Positions 43,076 to 57,159 of a stretch of DNA of 64,000 nt are shown here, piece by piece. The notes under the pieces are model-generated. The model did no database searches. It had not been told where the DNA came from and saw nothing but the letters and a program-made list of their open reading frames with translations. The position numbers and the translations under genes were made by a program. The stretch is from the human T2T-CHM13v2.0 reference genome, Homo sapiens. The DNA is taken from assembly GCF_009914755.1 (NCBI RefSeq), contig NC_060941.1, one strand, 5' to 3'. Numbering within the stretch: position 1 is the stretch's first letter; every line of letters starts with the position of its first letter.

Positions 43076-43769
43076 GAAGAAAAGTTAAAAAAGAGAAGCT
43101 TCTTGTGTTAAAATTTTCTTTCACCATATGGAATGAGATTTGGTTCCTGGGACAACCCATTCCCAAACTCACTGCCTATTCAGGGCCTTTGTAAAACAGT
43201 GCCAACCCCTCCAGTCCAGTAGTTTATATTATTACATTTTGTTCTAGAAGCCAGGCTTCAAAATTCTGGGGGCTGCTTTGTCAGAGGAGGACGGGGAGAT
43301 GCAGACATCATATTTATGGCATATCCTTTGTTAGGAATTTCAGAGAAGTGAACTTAGTTTGGAGCTACCTTGAGTATGACACTATCCTCCTTAATTTGAC
43401 TCTGTTGGGCTTGAAGTGGAGGTGGGGGATCAGAGGAAGGAAGACAGGAGAGTTTACTGGATCCAAGAGGTAAAGTTGTAAAACCACCTAGGAGCTGATG
43501 TCACCAATACAAGGGGCAGTTTTGTCTCCTCAGCCTGTGTTCTGCCTGGCCCGTGGCTGAGTGCTGAAGCCAAAATTTGGTCAAACTCTTTCCCGGATTT
43601 CCAGCTGGGTCTCCCCTGTCCTGGATTACTGGCATTTTCTCTACTTACTAAATGTGCTTTGTGATCTCAGCTAGTGCGAAGCAGAAAACCCACTGCTAAA
43701 CAGGGAAGCAACTGAAAACCCAAAATGCCAGCATGTCTAGTCAAGTACACGGTAATGCACTACCCCGTT

Positions 43770-44060
43770 CATTCATTAATCTCTCCATTCACAAATATCT
43801 GTTTTCTGTCCACCGCAGTGTGAGGGCTTTCAGGTCTAGAAGTTTCATTCAGAACTGAAAAAGGATAACCAGTGGTGGTCAGAGTGGTTAGAATAAGGGA
43901 AAGTGCCTTCAGTCTAGACAATGTGGTTGAGTGTAGCCTGGAGGCAGGGTCTCCATTAGAGATCCCTCTCCAGCTGGGGTATCCTAAAGAGTGGCATGAA
44001 GAATGAGATGGAGCCAGTAGGTTAGTAAAACAATTAAAGAACAAAATAAAGAGCATTCTC
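43770..44060 (-). mobile_element. L2 3' end
   Basis: cattcattaat..cattcacaaatatctgtt. Confidence 0.5.
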
Positions 44061-45557
44061 AGCACTGGCCCCCAAGGAAGGTTACGGATTGGAATAGAGC
44101 ACAGAGAGCCTCATCTAAACCTCGCCAAAGAGACCAACCCCAGGGCACTGCGGAACTCGGGGCGGCCTCCCTGCTGTGGGGCAGGCATCCTTGGCGGGCA
44201 AGGAAATCATCAAAGGCTCCAGCAGCAGGAACGCTCCAGCCATCAGACAGGAGAAGACAGATTTCCTCTAAAATGTGCCTTTAAAGGGAGCTCATTTGCC
44301 TTCATGGGCCCCGGGAAAGCCTAAGATAGGTGCCATCCAGGAAACCCAGACTCTTTAAGATCAACACGGTTTAATGCAGCATAAGAGCCTTAGGTCAGAC
44401 CAAGAAATGACTTCCTGACTGTAAGGGCTTATTGGACCATGAAAGCGGACTCCTAGAGAGACTGTGAAATTGCCTTCTTTCAAAGTTTTTAGATTTTTTT
44501 TTTTTTTTTTTTTTTTGGTGGTGGGGAGGGGAGGCAGTGGATTGAGGGCCAGCCCAGAGGCTGGCAGAGAGGTTTGATGAATTCTCAGGCCACTCCATCT
44601 CACCCCAGGAGGCACTTTCCAGCCTGAGAACTGAGGTTTCCCCCTTTCTGGGTAGATCATTGGGTCCAGAAAACCAGCAGGGGCAGCAAATATTAAACTC
44701 TGCCTAAATTGCTCTAATGTCCTTGGGGGCAACAGGAGTAGGATTAAGCCTTCATTTTTTACTTTCTTCTTTTACTTTCCAGAGATGGGTCAACTGGGTA
44801 GCAGGCTCCAAATCTTCAAACACTAAATAAGAAATGTTGTCAGGCTGGAAACCATTTTAATATTTTAAATACGTGGGGTTTCTCCAGCATTGCAACAGCT
44901 GTGGGACGTAAAATAAAATCCATTTCTCTCCGGCCCCTGGGCAGCTCTAAAGTATCAAATGGTCAATCTGGATGATGGGAGGTGGGAGGTAGAAGGTGAG
45001 AGGTTGGGGGCTTGGCAGGAAAGGTTGGGGCAGAAAGTGCATTTTCTTCCTGTTGTGGAACATTTTTTTAAAATAATCAGATCCAAACCCTCAGAGTCCT
45101 GGGGAGCTATAGATTTTGTATCAGAAGAATGTCTGAGAGTTTTGGAAATGCTCCCAAAATTTGAATACAAACTCCCTGGGTGACCCAGTCAGATGCAAGC
45201 AGGCTGGCCTCCGGCAGCTGGACACTGATATTCACTGGTTTGAAGAAGAGAGAAAGGGTGGGAGGATGGGGTAGGATGGAGCCCTTTCATCTGGGCTGTT
45301 GGGATTTGTGATCCTCCTCCAGGATAATTCTCAATGGGCTTGTAAGCACAATTGCCACACAGAGCAGATGCCACAGCCTACTTGGTTAGATGAGTCCACG
45401 TATTTAATGAATATTTATTGGGCCCTTGCATTGCTTCAGGAAGTGAGATAAGGGGTTGGAGCTGGGCTTCTGATGGTGGCACCAGTGGCCCTGATCTTAC
45501 CTGATCTTCCCTCCCTGTTATGTCCCTATCCTTGGTGCTTTGGAGAGCACAGAACTA

Positions 45558-46110
45558 TTCATTCATTCATTCATTCAATTATTCAATGCCTTCAGTAAAT
45601 ACTCATTGCACTCTTCCCAAGAGCTAAAAATACAGCAAGGAATAAGACATTTCCCGCCCACTGCCCTGCTCCTATGGGCCTCACATCCTAGTGACAGGAC
45701 ACCCATAAACAATGAACAATGATATATAATAGAGATACATAGATAGAAGAATGCTTATATTTATCAATAGAAAAATGATTAAATTTATGTATGTATCAAA
45801 TAATTTTAAATGGTGTTGAGTGCTATGAAGAGAACAAACCAGGCTCAGGTAATAGAGAGTGACTGGAGTGGGATCCAATATTAGCTCAGGTGGGTGGGAA
45901 AGGCCTCTCTGTGACACGTATGCTGACACCTCCTGCATGTCCAGGAGCCAGTCTGGCTCCTGAAGTCAGGGGAAGAAGCTCCAGACAGAGAACCTGCCAG
46001 GCGCCAAGGCCACGGAGCAAAAAGGAGCTTGGCATGTTCAAGGAACAGAAGAAGGACAGGGTGGCTAGGGCATAGGGAAGGGGCAGAGTTGGAAAGAATC
46101 ATATAGATCC
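45558..46110 (-). mobile_element. L2a-like fragment
   Basis: attcattcattcattcaa..gggaaaggcctctctg..ggagcttggcatgttcaaggaacagaagaagg. Confidence 0.75.
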
Positions 46111-46129
46111 AGCTGGAACTTAACCCAGA

Positions 46130-46710
46130 ATTAGTGCCAGCTAGAAATTTAGAGGTCACTGGATTCAATTCCCAGATTTACACTTGGAAAATCTGAAGCT
46201 CACAGAGAAAGTGTGACTCTCTCAGGGTGACCCAACAATCGGGAGCAGAGCCAGGACAGGTCCCTGTGCCTGTGGACACTCCTGTGTAGTGTCACTCCAC
46301 TGTTCATATCTGTCACATGTGTCAAGGCTCACGTGTGTGCAGCACAGACCCTCCAGCTGATTCCTGCACATTTAGTGACCCCCGGAGACCAGCGTGGCCC
46401 CTCATGGAGGAGTCAAGTTTGGAAAAAAAGCAACAGCAGCAGAAGGTGGTAAAAGAGAAGAATGAAGAACCCAGACTTCAGTGTTAGCCAGAGCTAACCT
46501 CAAGTTCACACTGCCCCTTATTACATCTATGACCTTGGAGACATCATTTAATCTCTGTGAGCTTCAATCTCACCATCTGTGAAGTGAGATCACAGTCCCA
46601 CCCCATAGATGTACTGTGGGGCGGGTATGAGATGGTGCATCGGGAAGACTTAGCACAATATCAGGTGCATATGAAAAGCCCCGTTACAGGGTCATTGTTA
46701 TATGATTATT
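46130..46710. mobile_element. Two MIRs (- then +)
   Basis: aaatctgaagctcacagagaaagtgtgact; tgaccttggagac..ctctgtgagcttcaatctcaccatctgtgaa. Confidence 0.65.
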
Positions 46711-46789
46711 ATATAGTTCCAGGCCTAAAGGAACTTCCCTCATCATGCTGGAGAAAACATCCATGCACAAACACTGCAAACACTTTACT

Positions 46790-47470
46790 CTTCTTCATGC
46801 ACTCGCCAAATATTTATTGAGCACTCGTTCTGTGAAAGGCGCTTGCACTGATCACCAGAAATATCTCAGAGAACAAACACAAATGTAGCCCTACAAATGC
46901 AGAGGCAGGCAACTATCCACATAGCCACATTTAAAAAAAAGTGCAAAATTGTCATCAACAAGTACTAGGAGAGGGGGATTTGCAGTACTTTGAGAGACCA
47001 TCAGGATTTCAGTGACTTGGTCAGGGAGATCAGCACAGGCAGCATTAGGTCTCCCTGAGAAAGTAAAGCTTGGGATGTTACATGATGAGCTGGGGGTAGC
47101 CAGGCAATGGATGAGAAGCAAAGGACAGTGTTCCAGGCAGAAGGAATGGCATGTCTTAAGACCCTGGGATGGCAGGCGCACGGTGGGTGTGAATAACTGA
47201 GCAGAGGCTGGACCACTAAGATCCTTGTGCCAAGATAGGGAGTTTGAGTTTTATTCTGAGAATAGTAAGAAGCATTAAAGGAGATTTAAGCAGGATGCTT
47301 GGAATATAATTTTGCCAGTCTCTCAAATGTATTAATTCATTCAACAAACATTTACTGGGTGCTTTGTACGTACAAAAGACTGTTCAAGACACATGAGGAT
47401 AGAGAATTTTCCCCAGCCACAAAGTCTCTTACAGAATAGTGGAGCAGATAGACATATTAGCAACTGTTAA
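46790..47470 (-). mobile_element. L2 fragments
   Basis: caaatatttattgagcac..gtgttccaggcagaaggaatggcatgt..ttcattcaacaaacatttactgg. Confidence 0.7.
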
Positions 47471-47781
47471 CTATAGAGGAAAGAGCACTGGACTTGAGTA
47501 TTAAAGACATAGGTTCAAGTTTCAATTCTACCTTTTATTGAACAACTAGAGTTTCATGAGGACAATGACTGAGTTTAATTATGTCTGGGACCCATCACCT
47601 GACATGCAGGAGAACCAGCAAACTTAGAATGATTATGTCACCTTGGGAAATATCAATAAGAGAAGTATCAACAAGGCCTAATTTTTGTTTCATGTTCTAT
47701 CATCTTTAAAGACCTTTCACATACTGGATCTTATTTTACCCCCACAATATCCCTGTTAATGTTGTGGATATGAGGTGAATT

Positions 47782-47955
47782 CAGCACTGGCTACATAGTT
47801 TGCGGAGCCAAGTTCAAAATGAAATGTGGAGCTCTTTGTCCAATTAATAAGAATTTCAAGACAATGACAGCAGAGCATTAAACTAAGTGCAGGACTGTTG
47901 TGGGCAAGGGATCCAGTGTCGCTGCACGAGTTGTGCATACATAAAGCCAGCCCTG
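47782..47955 (-). mobile_element. MER45A (hAT-Tip100) inside a MIR
   Basis: ctggctacatagtttgcgg..caaaatgaaatgtgg..taagaatttcaagac..gcagagcattaaac..gccagccctg. Confidence 0.85.
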
Positions 47956-48559
47956 AGTAAGTTCTATTTCATTCACTTTACAGATGAGAAAACCAAGGCA
48001 CATGGTAGAGTGACTCTGTCAGTGTCACTCAGCTCACTGAAAGAGTGAGGCCTCAAAATAAACCCAGGACTTCTGACTTCCTGCTGAAACAGGACTGCCC
48101 TGGTTTGTGCCTGAGTTGCAGTGTTCCTGGAAGGGCAGTTTGAAGCATCTGTTTAAAAGGTGATATAGACAAAGAAATTGAAGGGAAATGTTCAGGATGC
48201 TGCCCCGTGTGAAACCTTTCAACAATTCCCACTGCTTTAGGACAAAGCCTAAAGGCTTAGACTGATGCACAGAGTCCTTTCCTGGTCTGACCCCTGATTA
48301 AAATTTTCCAGCTGCACTGCCCAACTCTGCCCGCTCCTTCAAAATGTGCTTTACAACATACACCTTCTTGCCATTTCCCAGCTGGGCCTTGCTCCTTCTG
48401 GCCTCCAAGCCTTTGTTCCTGGCCCTCTCTCTGCCTCAGATGCTGTGTTATGAAGGGGGACTACAAGTAAGCCAGCTGAGGAAGGCAGCGGGATGAGGAA
48501 AGGCAGCTGAGGCACAGGGAAATCATGACTAATTTTTCTGCATCTTTGGAACAGTTATA

Positions 48560-48985
48560 CATCCTGCCATCCATCCACCTTTCCATCCACCCATCCACCT
48601 ATCACCTATTCATTTTTCCATCTACCCTTTCACCTATAGACCCATCCCCCTTCCATTCATCTATCCATCCATCCATCTTTCCTCCATCCATCCATCATCC
48701 ATCTATTCATACACTCATCCATCCACCCTTTCATCCATCTATTCATCCATCCTTCCATTCATTCATCTATCCATCATCCATCTATCCATCCATCCATCTA
48801 TCTATTCATCCACCCACCTACCCACCCATTCATCTATTCATTCACCTATCCATCTACCCTTCAATCCATCTATCCACCCATACATGCATACATCCACCCA
48901 TCCATCCAATCATCTTTCCATCCATCTATCCCTTCATCCATCCATCCATATTTCCACTCACCCACCCATCCATCTTTCCATTCAT
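48560..48985. repeat. Degenerate (TCCA)n tract of about 420 bp abutting an antisense L2 tail
   Basis: catccatcc units, followed by ttcattcaacaattatt..tatgccaggcactatg. Confidence 0.9.
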
Positions 48986-49899
48986 TCAACAATTATTCAC
49001 TTAGTCTCATATGCTATATGCCAGGCACTATGTGAGGCACTGGAGATCCATCAATGAATAAGCTACACTTCCTCCCCACAACAGAGCTCACAGGACAAAC
49101 AAATATCACCCATAGCTTGAATCCCCAATTTCATAACCTGTATGAATCCAGACTCCCTTCTCACAACTTATGGAAATTCCACTTTCTTCTTCTTGATCCT
49201 GTCTCCATTCCTGTGTCTATAGGTGTCATCCCAGGATGGTCTTGAGGCAGCTGGGACACAGTTCTAAGCCCCTTTACCATTTTTCCACAAGAAATACAAA
49301 TCCAGCAGTGATGTTGTGGGTTTAGTGATTTGACTGTAGATCTGAGAAGCTACTATAAAGGATTATGTTCTACATGCTACAGCCTTCCACCATCTTGCTG
49401 CTTTCCCACCAATAATTGTCCAGTTCCCCAAAGCCCAAGCTATTGACATGGAACCCTCCCTGCTGCACAGACTCCTCGAAGTGTAATCTAGTCCTCACTC
49501 CCTAATATGACATACTGCCCCTGCCCCAGGACAGTCAGCTGTCCCTCGAATCTGGTAAATATAATGCGCTCCAACTCATGACACATGTAAATAGACTGCT
49601 ACAATACAGAGAACAGAGAGCTCTACAACAGAGGTAAGTTCAGGATGCACACACAGAGGTGGCAGAGAAAAGCCAAACTAAACTAGTCTTGGGCTTCGAG
49701 AGTGGCTTCTGGGAAAGATTCTTAGATAAAGAGAGGAGTGATGAAGAGGATATTTCAAGCACAACAAATAACAAGGACAAAGACATCAGAAAGTTTACTG
49801 TGCTTTGCAATGGGGACAAAAGTGGTTCAATAGGACTAGAGGATACAGTACGGGGAGCAGCAGCAGACAACACTGGAGAGGGAGGCAGGAGGGGGTTGC

Positions 49900-49909
49900 C
49901 CATAAAAGG
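49900..49909. promoter_or_regulatory. Consensus CArG box CCATAAAAGG
   Basis: Matches CC(A/T)6GG; function inferred only. Confidence 0.3.
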
Positions 49910-51759
49910 TGGGGCAGTCCATGCTCGGGACTCTGGACTCTAAGCTACAGCAGCAGAACTGCTACTGAGAGCTCCTAAGCCTAGAAGTGGCTTGATTTGA
50001 GAATCTTAGGAAGACTGTAGGGGTTGGCATATGGGGTCACTCAACCCTAACCTCAAGGCTGTGGGAGCCTCCAGCTCAAGGCCAAAATCATTACAAGGCA
50101 GCAGTCATTTCCCCTTCCAAGGAGTAGGTATGGAACCAGACCAGTCCTGGAGATTAAGGTTTTGTGATAAAGACAGACAGTCAGAGCCCAGAGTGGCCGT
50201 CCTTGTGTCCCCGGGGAGGTGGCCTAATGCCCACTCTGTTTTCTAACAACTTTTCTTGGGTATGTATCAGACCAAAAACTAGGTCCGCAAGATTCACGAG
50301 ACCTGGTCAGAGAATTCATACTCATTTTCAAATGTCTTTGGTCAGCAAAATCTCACATGCACTTTTTCCAGAGTCCTTTCCTCCCCTTCACATCCCCACT
50401 CCCACCCAGCTGCTGCTAATTGTACAAGCCACATGCACTACAAGGGAAATGGAATCAGTCTGGTCCTGGTTCATTCACCTTTGAATCCTCAAATAGGCTG
50501 TTTTGTAAGAGACCCTAGACTTCCAAGACACCCTCGCAGGATCCCTTAGACAGCTTCTTGTTTTGAATCAGGAAATTTTATTTTGCCAGAACTTGATGTT
50601 CAAGCTCAATATTAATGTCAGAACCCACGAAATGTGAGCGGGTTCTAAATTTGGAAAAACATGGTCTCTAATATCTCCCCAAAGCATTCCTTCAGCTATT
50701 GACTTTGGAGGCAACTTCTCTATACTATGTAGCTGTCCATTGTTTGCTCTGAATGACACAGAGCCTTCAAACACCGGAGGTGCTTACTCAGCGGATCAAT
50801 ATATCATCACCCCCATCATCTGCATACATTGGTTGAACATCGTAGAGCAAATCCAACATACAGCCTGCTTCCTGTCTTGGCAAAGCCGCCGGATTGAGTC
50901 CTCTTTCCATGCAACACTTCTGCCCTGACTTAAACTTTGACTCCAGTGTCCTTTCTGAGCTATTTGCACTGTGAACACAGCGCCTAAAAAGATTTATTAA
51001 AAAAAATTAAAAAGCAGGGGGCGAGTGTCATTTTTAGAAAGGCGAGACACCCAACACATCCTACTCTGAGTAGATTTCTTTGACAGCTTGTGATGTTGCC
51101 TGAATGGTAAATATATCCTCAGACTCCAGGTAAATAGTCCGTGGCATGTAACTTGGGTATAAAAGAGGAAATTTTACACAACGTGGCCACAGATGCCTTG
51201 TCATTTCCCAGAAAATTAGAGGGTCTTCCAGTGACCCTGTAAATTTATCTCACAAGTACTCTTCCACAACTTCAGGAACAGATGGGGCCTGTTTTGATAA
51301 TGTTTTCCAGTCCCCATAGATAATATGCTGGGGGTGGCGGGAGAGGGGGAGGAGCAAGACAGCCTGCTATTGCTCCCAGAAGCACAGCCTGTGGGCGATC
51401 TGTGTCTCTGGTCATCTGAAAGACACTTTGTTAGCACCAAGCATTTCATTGCTGAAGGGAGCAGCAGATAATTTTTTTTATTGGGTAGCCTCTTTACTAA
51501 AGGTTGAAGATGTGAAAGGATTGGCTAAAAGACAGGTTCAAACCCAGAGGATAGGCTGGAGTCAAAGAGAGACTGCAAGGCATCTTGAAGGCATCCTTCT
51601 GCCTCCAGGAAGGATCAGAGAGGTTTTGAACCCAGAGGAAGATTTCACAGCCTCTCGTGGCAACTTTTTTCAGCATCTCTGCAGAGATGGAGAAATACAA
51701 ATCAATATCTTCCAGGTAGTAACTATTGGTTCACCTTAACCCAGGCCCTTCCATCAGTA

Positions 51760-53130
51760 ATCATAATAGCTAATATCGACTATTCCCAGGCACTATGCTG
51801 AGCACTTGATGTGCTCAAGTTATATTCAGTGTTATATTCAAGACATATTTCAGTGTTAGGTGAAATATATCATCTATTCCTCACCACCCTGGATGCCAGA
51901 GGAGGAAAATGAGGATCAAAGAGCTCACAGCCACGTCCAGTGTCAGCAGCTGGTGAGGACAGAGCCGGGAGCAGAGGTATGATCTGTGCAAGTCTCTTGG
52001 GCGCTCTATGCCTGGGTTTCCTTACCTGTAAAGTGAATGGACCTAGTAACAATATAATACCAAGGCTTCAAGGGCTTTTTGTTTTTGTTTTTCACTTTTT
52101 CACTTTGTCTTTTTTGACCAGGTCATGGTTCTTATTTCCAACTCTCGTCATTCATTTGTCCATTCCACAGTGTTATTGAGTACTTTCTATTTATGTCTCT
52201 GCCATTTAGACTTTTAATCAGAGCCTTTATGATTAGCCAATTCATCGCCTCTTCACAGTGGGCTTTACACATCATTATCATGCCTTTAACAAGCATCTCG
52301 TTATGCTACTGTCTGTTTTACAAAAACTAACTGATATCTGTTGTTATTTGGCTGTTCACAAAGTCCCTTCACATACACTTACTCATGTCATCCTTATGAA
52401 AACACAGCAAAGAAAAGAAAAATAGATATAATATTGTTTATTATTATTATTTTCCTATTTTACCCACAAGTAAGATCCAGGCACATTAAGTGAATGCTGG
52501 AGCCAGAATTCAACCCCAGTCTTGTGATACATAAACCGGAACCCTTTCCACTACCACCCACAAAATAAATGTGGACATGGCCTTCCGGGAGCTGCCACAG
52601 AACAGCAGCGTTCATAGAAACACACCACAAGCACAGAGGGTGGGGAAGCTTGGTGGTTAAGCACACGGACTCTTAAATTAGACAGCCTTGGCTCTAAAAC
52701 TTGCCTCTGACACTCACCAGCTGGATGACCTTGGGCAAGTGACTTAACCTCTTGATAGATCAGTTTCCTTATGGCTAAAAAGGGGTTAATAATAGTACCT
52801 ACCTCAGAGGATGACTGTGGAAATCAATGACTAATATACATAAAGCTCTTAGGACAGTGTTTCAATTTAATTAATATCATCTAATTGTTATTTGTCTTAA
52901 CATTATTATAGATGCACCTGAAAGCAAACAGAGGCTGTGAAGGGCAGGACAGAGTTGAGCAAAGAGGCCTACCTCCCCCACGGGGAAGAAAACTAACTGA
53001 AACTAACAGTCAAGAGATGTGGTTCTATTCCTCATTCTGCCACTTACCATCTGTGCAATCTTGAACCAATCAGTCACTTTACTCCATTTAGGTTTCCTCA
53101 TCTGTCAGATGAGAAAAGTCAACCAGATTG
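51760..53130. mobile_element. Cluster of MIR elements
   Basis: e.g. gtggttaagcacacggactc..tgaccttgggcaagtgacttaacctc at 52652-52890. Confidence 0.75.
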
Positions 53131-53257
53131 GGTAGGGGAGGCCTAGCAAATGTCCACTGACTCCCTCATGTCATCCAGTGCCCCTGTAGACTCCGAGGGG
53201 TACACCCAGCCACCCCACTTGAATTAAGACTGACTAGTGAAGATACCCACTTAAGAC

Positions 53258-53366
53258 CAGGTTGACCAGCTCATCCTGGTTTTCCTGGGACTTTCCTAGT
53301 TCTAAAATGAAAGTTTCATATCCCAGGAACATAATTCCAGAAAAACCAGGATGGTTGATCATCCTA
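53258..53366. mobile_element. MER81 (hAT-Blackjack MITE)
   Basis: Terminal inverted arms aggttgaccagctcatcctggttt / aaaccaggatggttgatcatccta. Confidence 0.75.
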
Positions 53367-53395
53367 ATTAGGTAAAAAATTATATCATCTAGTCC

Positions 53396-53915
53396 ATCAT
53401 TTTCCCAAACTTTGCTGCTTATGTTACCACCACCATATATTTTGCCATAGCTGTGTAGGGAACTGTAAAATTACTCAAATACATTTACTTCAGAAGAATA
53501 TATTACATCACTACTGCCATAGTCAGGATAGACCAGGTTAGCTGAGGCAACAGACAGCCCCACAAAGTAGGGGGCTGGAATATGCAGTGAACAGCACTAC
53601 AATTGTAAAAGCAAACTAGCGTCGCTTGCCATAAAGTGAAGGAAAAATAAAAAATTGATGAAAATAAAACAACTATCACTAGGTAGCAGTGCTGGCTGAG
53701 GTTCCGTCTGGCCCCAGGGGCCTGCTCACTGTTTGTTAAAAAGGAGAGATAAGTAAGCATTAAAAAATCCTGGAATTTTCTCCTTTTCAGAGCAGGATTA
53801 AAAATGAAGTAAGTTCATCACTCTGTGATTTAATGTAATTTAATGCCATGTCTGTTTGCTACTTAACATTATCTCCCTGCCATCAGCAGAGCACCTCACA
53901 CACATTTGGGAAGTT
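53396..53915 (-). mobile_element. MER113 (hAT-Charlie)
   Basis: ttttcccaaactt..cttgccataaa..gcctgctcactgtttgttaaaaaggagagat..tttaatgccatgtc..tttgggaa. Confidence 0.75.
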
Positions 53916-54025
53916 GGAATCAGAGAGAGTGTAAAGGTGAGAGGATGAAGGCTCGGTCATCCATTTAAATTTAGGGGCACTCCTCCTTCCAAAGCAGCTC
54001 TTCCCACTAATTAATACCTAATCCA

Positions 54026-54505
<480 letters not shown>

Positions 54506-54911
54506 AAGTCAGACAGGACATCAATTGAGAGAAGATGCCCTTACAAACTTGCTTTTTTCAGGAATTTTCGCCTTGCCCCAAAGGCTACCTAGGAAGTACT
54601 ATAATGGGCTAAAGGACAGAGAGGAGCACCCAAGAAAGGTCCTTGTTCCAACAAGATCACATGGGAAGAATTTCAGCAAAACAAAGCAGCAGCAAAGGAC
54701 CTATGGCTTTTCGACCTCAACAAGGTTCTGCCAACTCCCCAAAGCAAGCTAAGAATGACTGAAGATACATCATGTGGCTGAAATTTCAAGTCACTACTAT
54801 TTCTTCCAAAAACATAAAAGTATAAGAAATGGTTTGCCACCTAAGATTGGTTTCCCAAACAAATGCCAAATCATCCTGTAGGAGAGCCTAACCCCGCCAT
54901 GTGTGGTCTTC

Positions 54912-54921
54912 CCTTATATGG
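54912..54921. promoter_or_regulatory. Consensus CArG box CCTTATATGG
   Basis: Matches CC(A/T)6GG; a well-known high-affinity SRF sequence. Confidence 0.4.
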
Positions 54922-54959
54922 CCCCTCCAATTCCAGGAACGCCATTCACCTTCTCCATT

Positions 54960-55985
54960 CCAGCACTGCCCTGCTCACTCGGTTGGGACCTCACCCACTC
55001 CATGGCATTAAATACCATCTATAAGCCAATGATTCACAATCTACAACACCAGCCCAGCCTATCAGCTGCATGCCAGACCCTACCTGACACCTGCCCCTGG
55101 ACATCTCACTAGGACCTCAATGTCAATTGAACACATGACCTGCTCTGCCCCAAACCCACTCCCTTCCACCATCCACTCTTCTGTTCAAACTCAAAACCTG
55201 GAAGTCTTCTGTGCTTCCTCTTTCTCCCTTGTTCCCACATCCTATCAATTCTGTCACCTAAATGTTTGTAGAATCCACCCACCTTCTCTGCCCTGACCCC
55301 TCCCACCCTACTCCAGGCCACATTCATCTCTCCCCGCCGCCTACTACAGAGGTTCCTAGTTAATCTCCCATGCTGCCTTGGCTTCTCTCTAACCCTCTCC
55401 GCTCCATACTGCAGATAGGTACAAGAGGCATTTTTTAGATGTAAATCTCATTACCTTCTTCTCCTTGTTTAAAATACTTCTGCTGAATCCTATTACCCTT
55501 GTAATGAATCCTCAAAGCCTTACTGTGGCTATCAATCAAGGCTATGGATGGCCTACCCCACCCCTGCCCCATCTCTGCAAGCTCACCTCAACTCACTCTC
55601 CCTTCCCTGTTGTTCTCTCCACTCCAACCCTGCAGGGCTTTTCTCTGTTTTCTCAAACCTTCCACATGTTCAATTTCAGGGTCTAGCACAAGCTTGGAAC
55701 ACTCCACCTCCTCTCTGCCTAGCTACCTGCTGTTCATTCCAGACAGCAATCCTCTGGAGGCCTTCCCTGATCTCTGGGCCAAAATAGGGTCCCCTCACCC
55801 CTATATAAACTCCATAGCACTCTGAGCACACTGGCCTTCTCCTTCTCCTTCCCAACACTCAGCAGAACAGTAATTATTTTTCCCCGTTAGGCTGCATCCT
55901 CCATGGAGATGGACCCACCAATATCCCCACACCTAGTACTGTGTCCATGAATATAGCAAGTGGTTCCTAAATATTTGGAGACTGA
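54960..55985 (+). mobile_element. L2, about 1 kb
   Basis: ctcacccactccatggcattaaataccatctata..cctggacatctcactagg..cacacctagtactgtgtcc..aaatatttg. Confidence 0.75.
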
Positions 55986-56379
55986 GTGGTAACTGTGAGA
56001 ATCACTCCCAAGCAGCCTGAGTCCCCACCCCCACAAAGAGATCTGAGTCTTCCTCTCCATCCACTTTCTGAAGAAAACTCAACAGTATGCATTTTGGTCT
56101 TGGAGAACGTGGTGTCTCGTGACACCACTGGGAATACTGACAAAAATGTGGCTGTAGTGGGTTCACCCAGCTCTCAGGAAGGAATAAGTGTCAGGTCATG
56201 CTGCATCATCCACAGGAAGAGCATGAGCTGGTGCTGACAGCGTGGGGTGTCCCAAGCCTTTGGTCTTGGGTTTCTCTTCCTAGAGTATTTATATCCATCC
56301 GGAGAAGCCGGCTGGCATCATTAATTGTGAGCGTGTGTCCACTCAAAGCAGCCATATACCAAATATATCGAGTATCAAG

Positions 56380-56396
56380 CCTAATATGGATATCCT
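56380..56396 (-). promoter_or_regulatory. c-fos-SRE-like element (ETS core plus CArG)
   Basis: Minus strand AGGATATCCATATTAGG vs c-fos SRE AGGATGTCCATATTAGG; lies in non-repeat sequence. Confidence 0.5.
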
Positions 56397-56659
56397 TGTT
56401 GATTTATATATTGTTAATAAGCAACAAGAAGTGAATGCCTAAGGTGGGATGCCAAATGTTTGTCTTCCTTTGTCTTCTCAAACGTGCAAGGTTGTTGGTT
56501 TGGTGTACTGTTCGTTTTTCATGGAAGAATGACTTTTTAAAAGAGAAAGAGGGAGTTATGAGGCCCACAGTCATTTGATGAACTGAATAAGGACAAACAT
56601 CCAGGTCACAAGTGGCAGCAAAGAATGCAAATTCTGTGTCCAGTGTCTCAAAATAAGAA

Positions 56660-56880
56660 CCACTAACACTTAGTGGAGATTTGTGCCAAGCACCATTCAA
56701 AACAAATACACTAATTCATTTCATCCTCATGATACCTCTGAGAGGTAGGGGCTACTATTACCCCCATTTTGCAAATGAGGAAACCAAGACCCAGAGAGGC
56801 TTAAGTGACAGTCCAGTTTAGCAAGCAGTAGAGTTGGAATTTTCACCCAGGAACTCAAACTCCACAGTTCAGAAGTAGTC
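56660..56880 (-). mobile_element. MIR
   Basis: cccccattttgcaaatgaggaaaccaagacccagagagg. Confidence 0.8.
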
Positions 56881-57159
56881 GGGCCCCATGGAGATCCATC
56901 CAGTCCAAAGCAAAGACAAACCCAAAGGCCCACTTCCAGAGGACTCAGACTACTGCCCTAATTTGGTCTTTTCTCTCTTGAGGGCCACAGAGAAACCATA
57001 GCCACAGTGCTGACCTCAAGGAGTTTACATTTTTGCAAGGAGATCAAACAAGAGCACAATGTATTTACAGTAACATAAATTAGTAAGTGTGAAATGCCAT
57101 GCAAGGGATTTAGACGCTGCCCAAGGAGAGAGAGGTCTGAAGCATCGACTGATGGGTCT

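Noticed and set aside
51010-51028. gcagggggcg partial CTCF-like motif
   Set aside because: Lacks the upstream CC core positions
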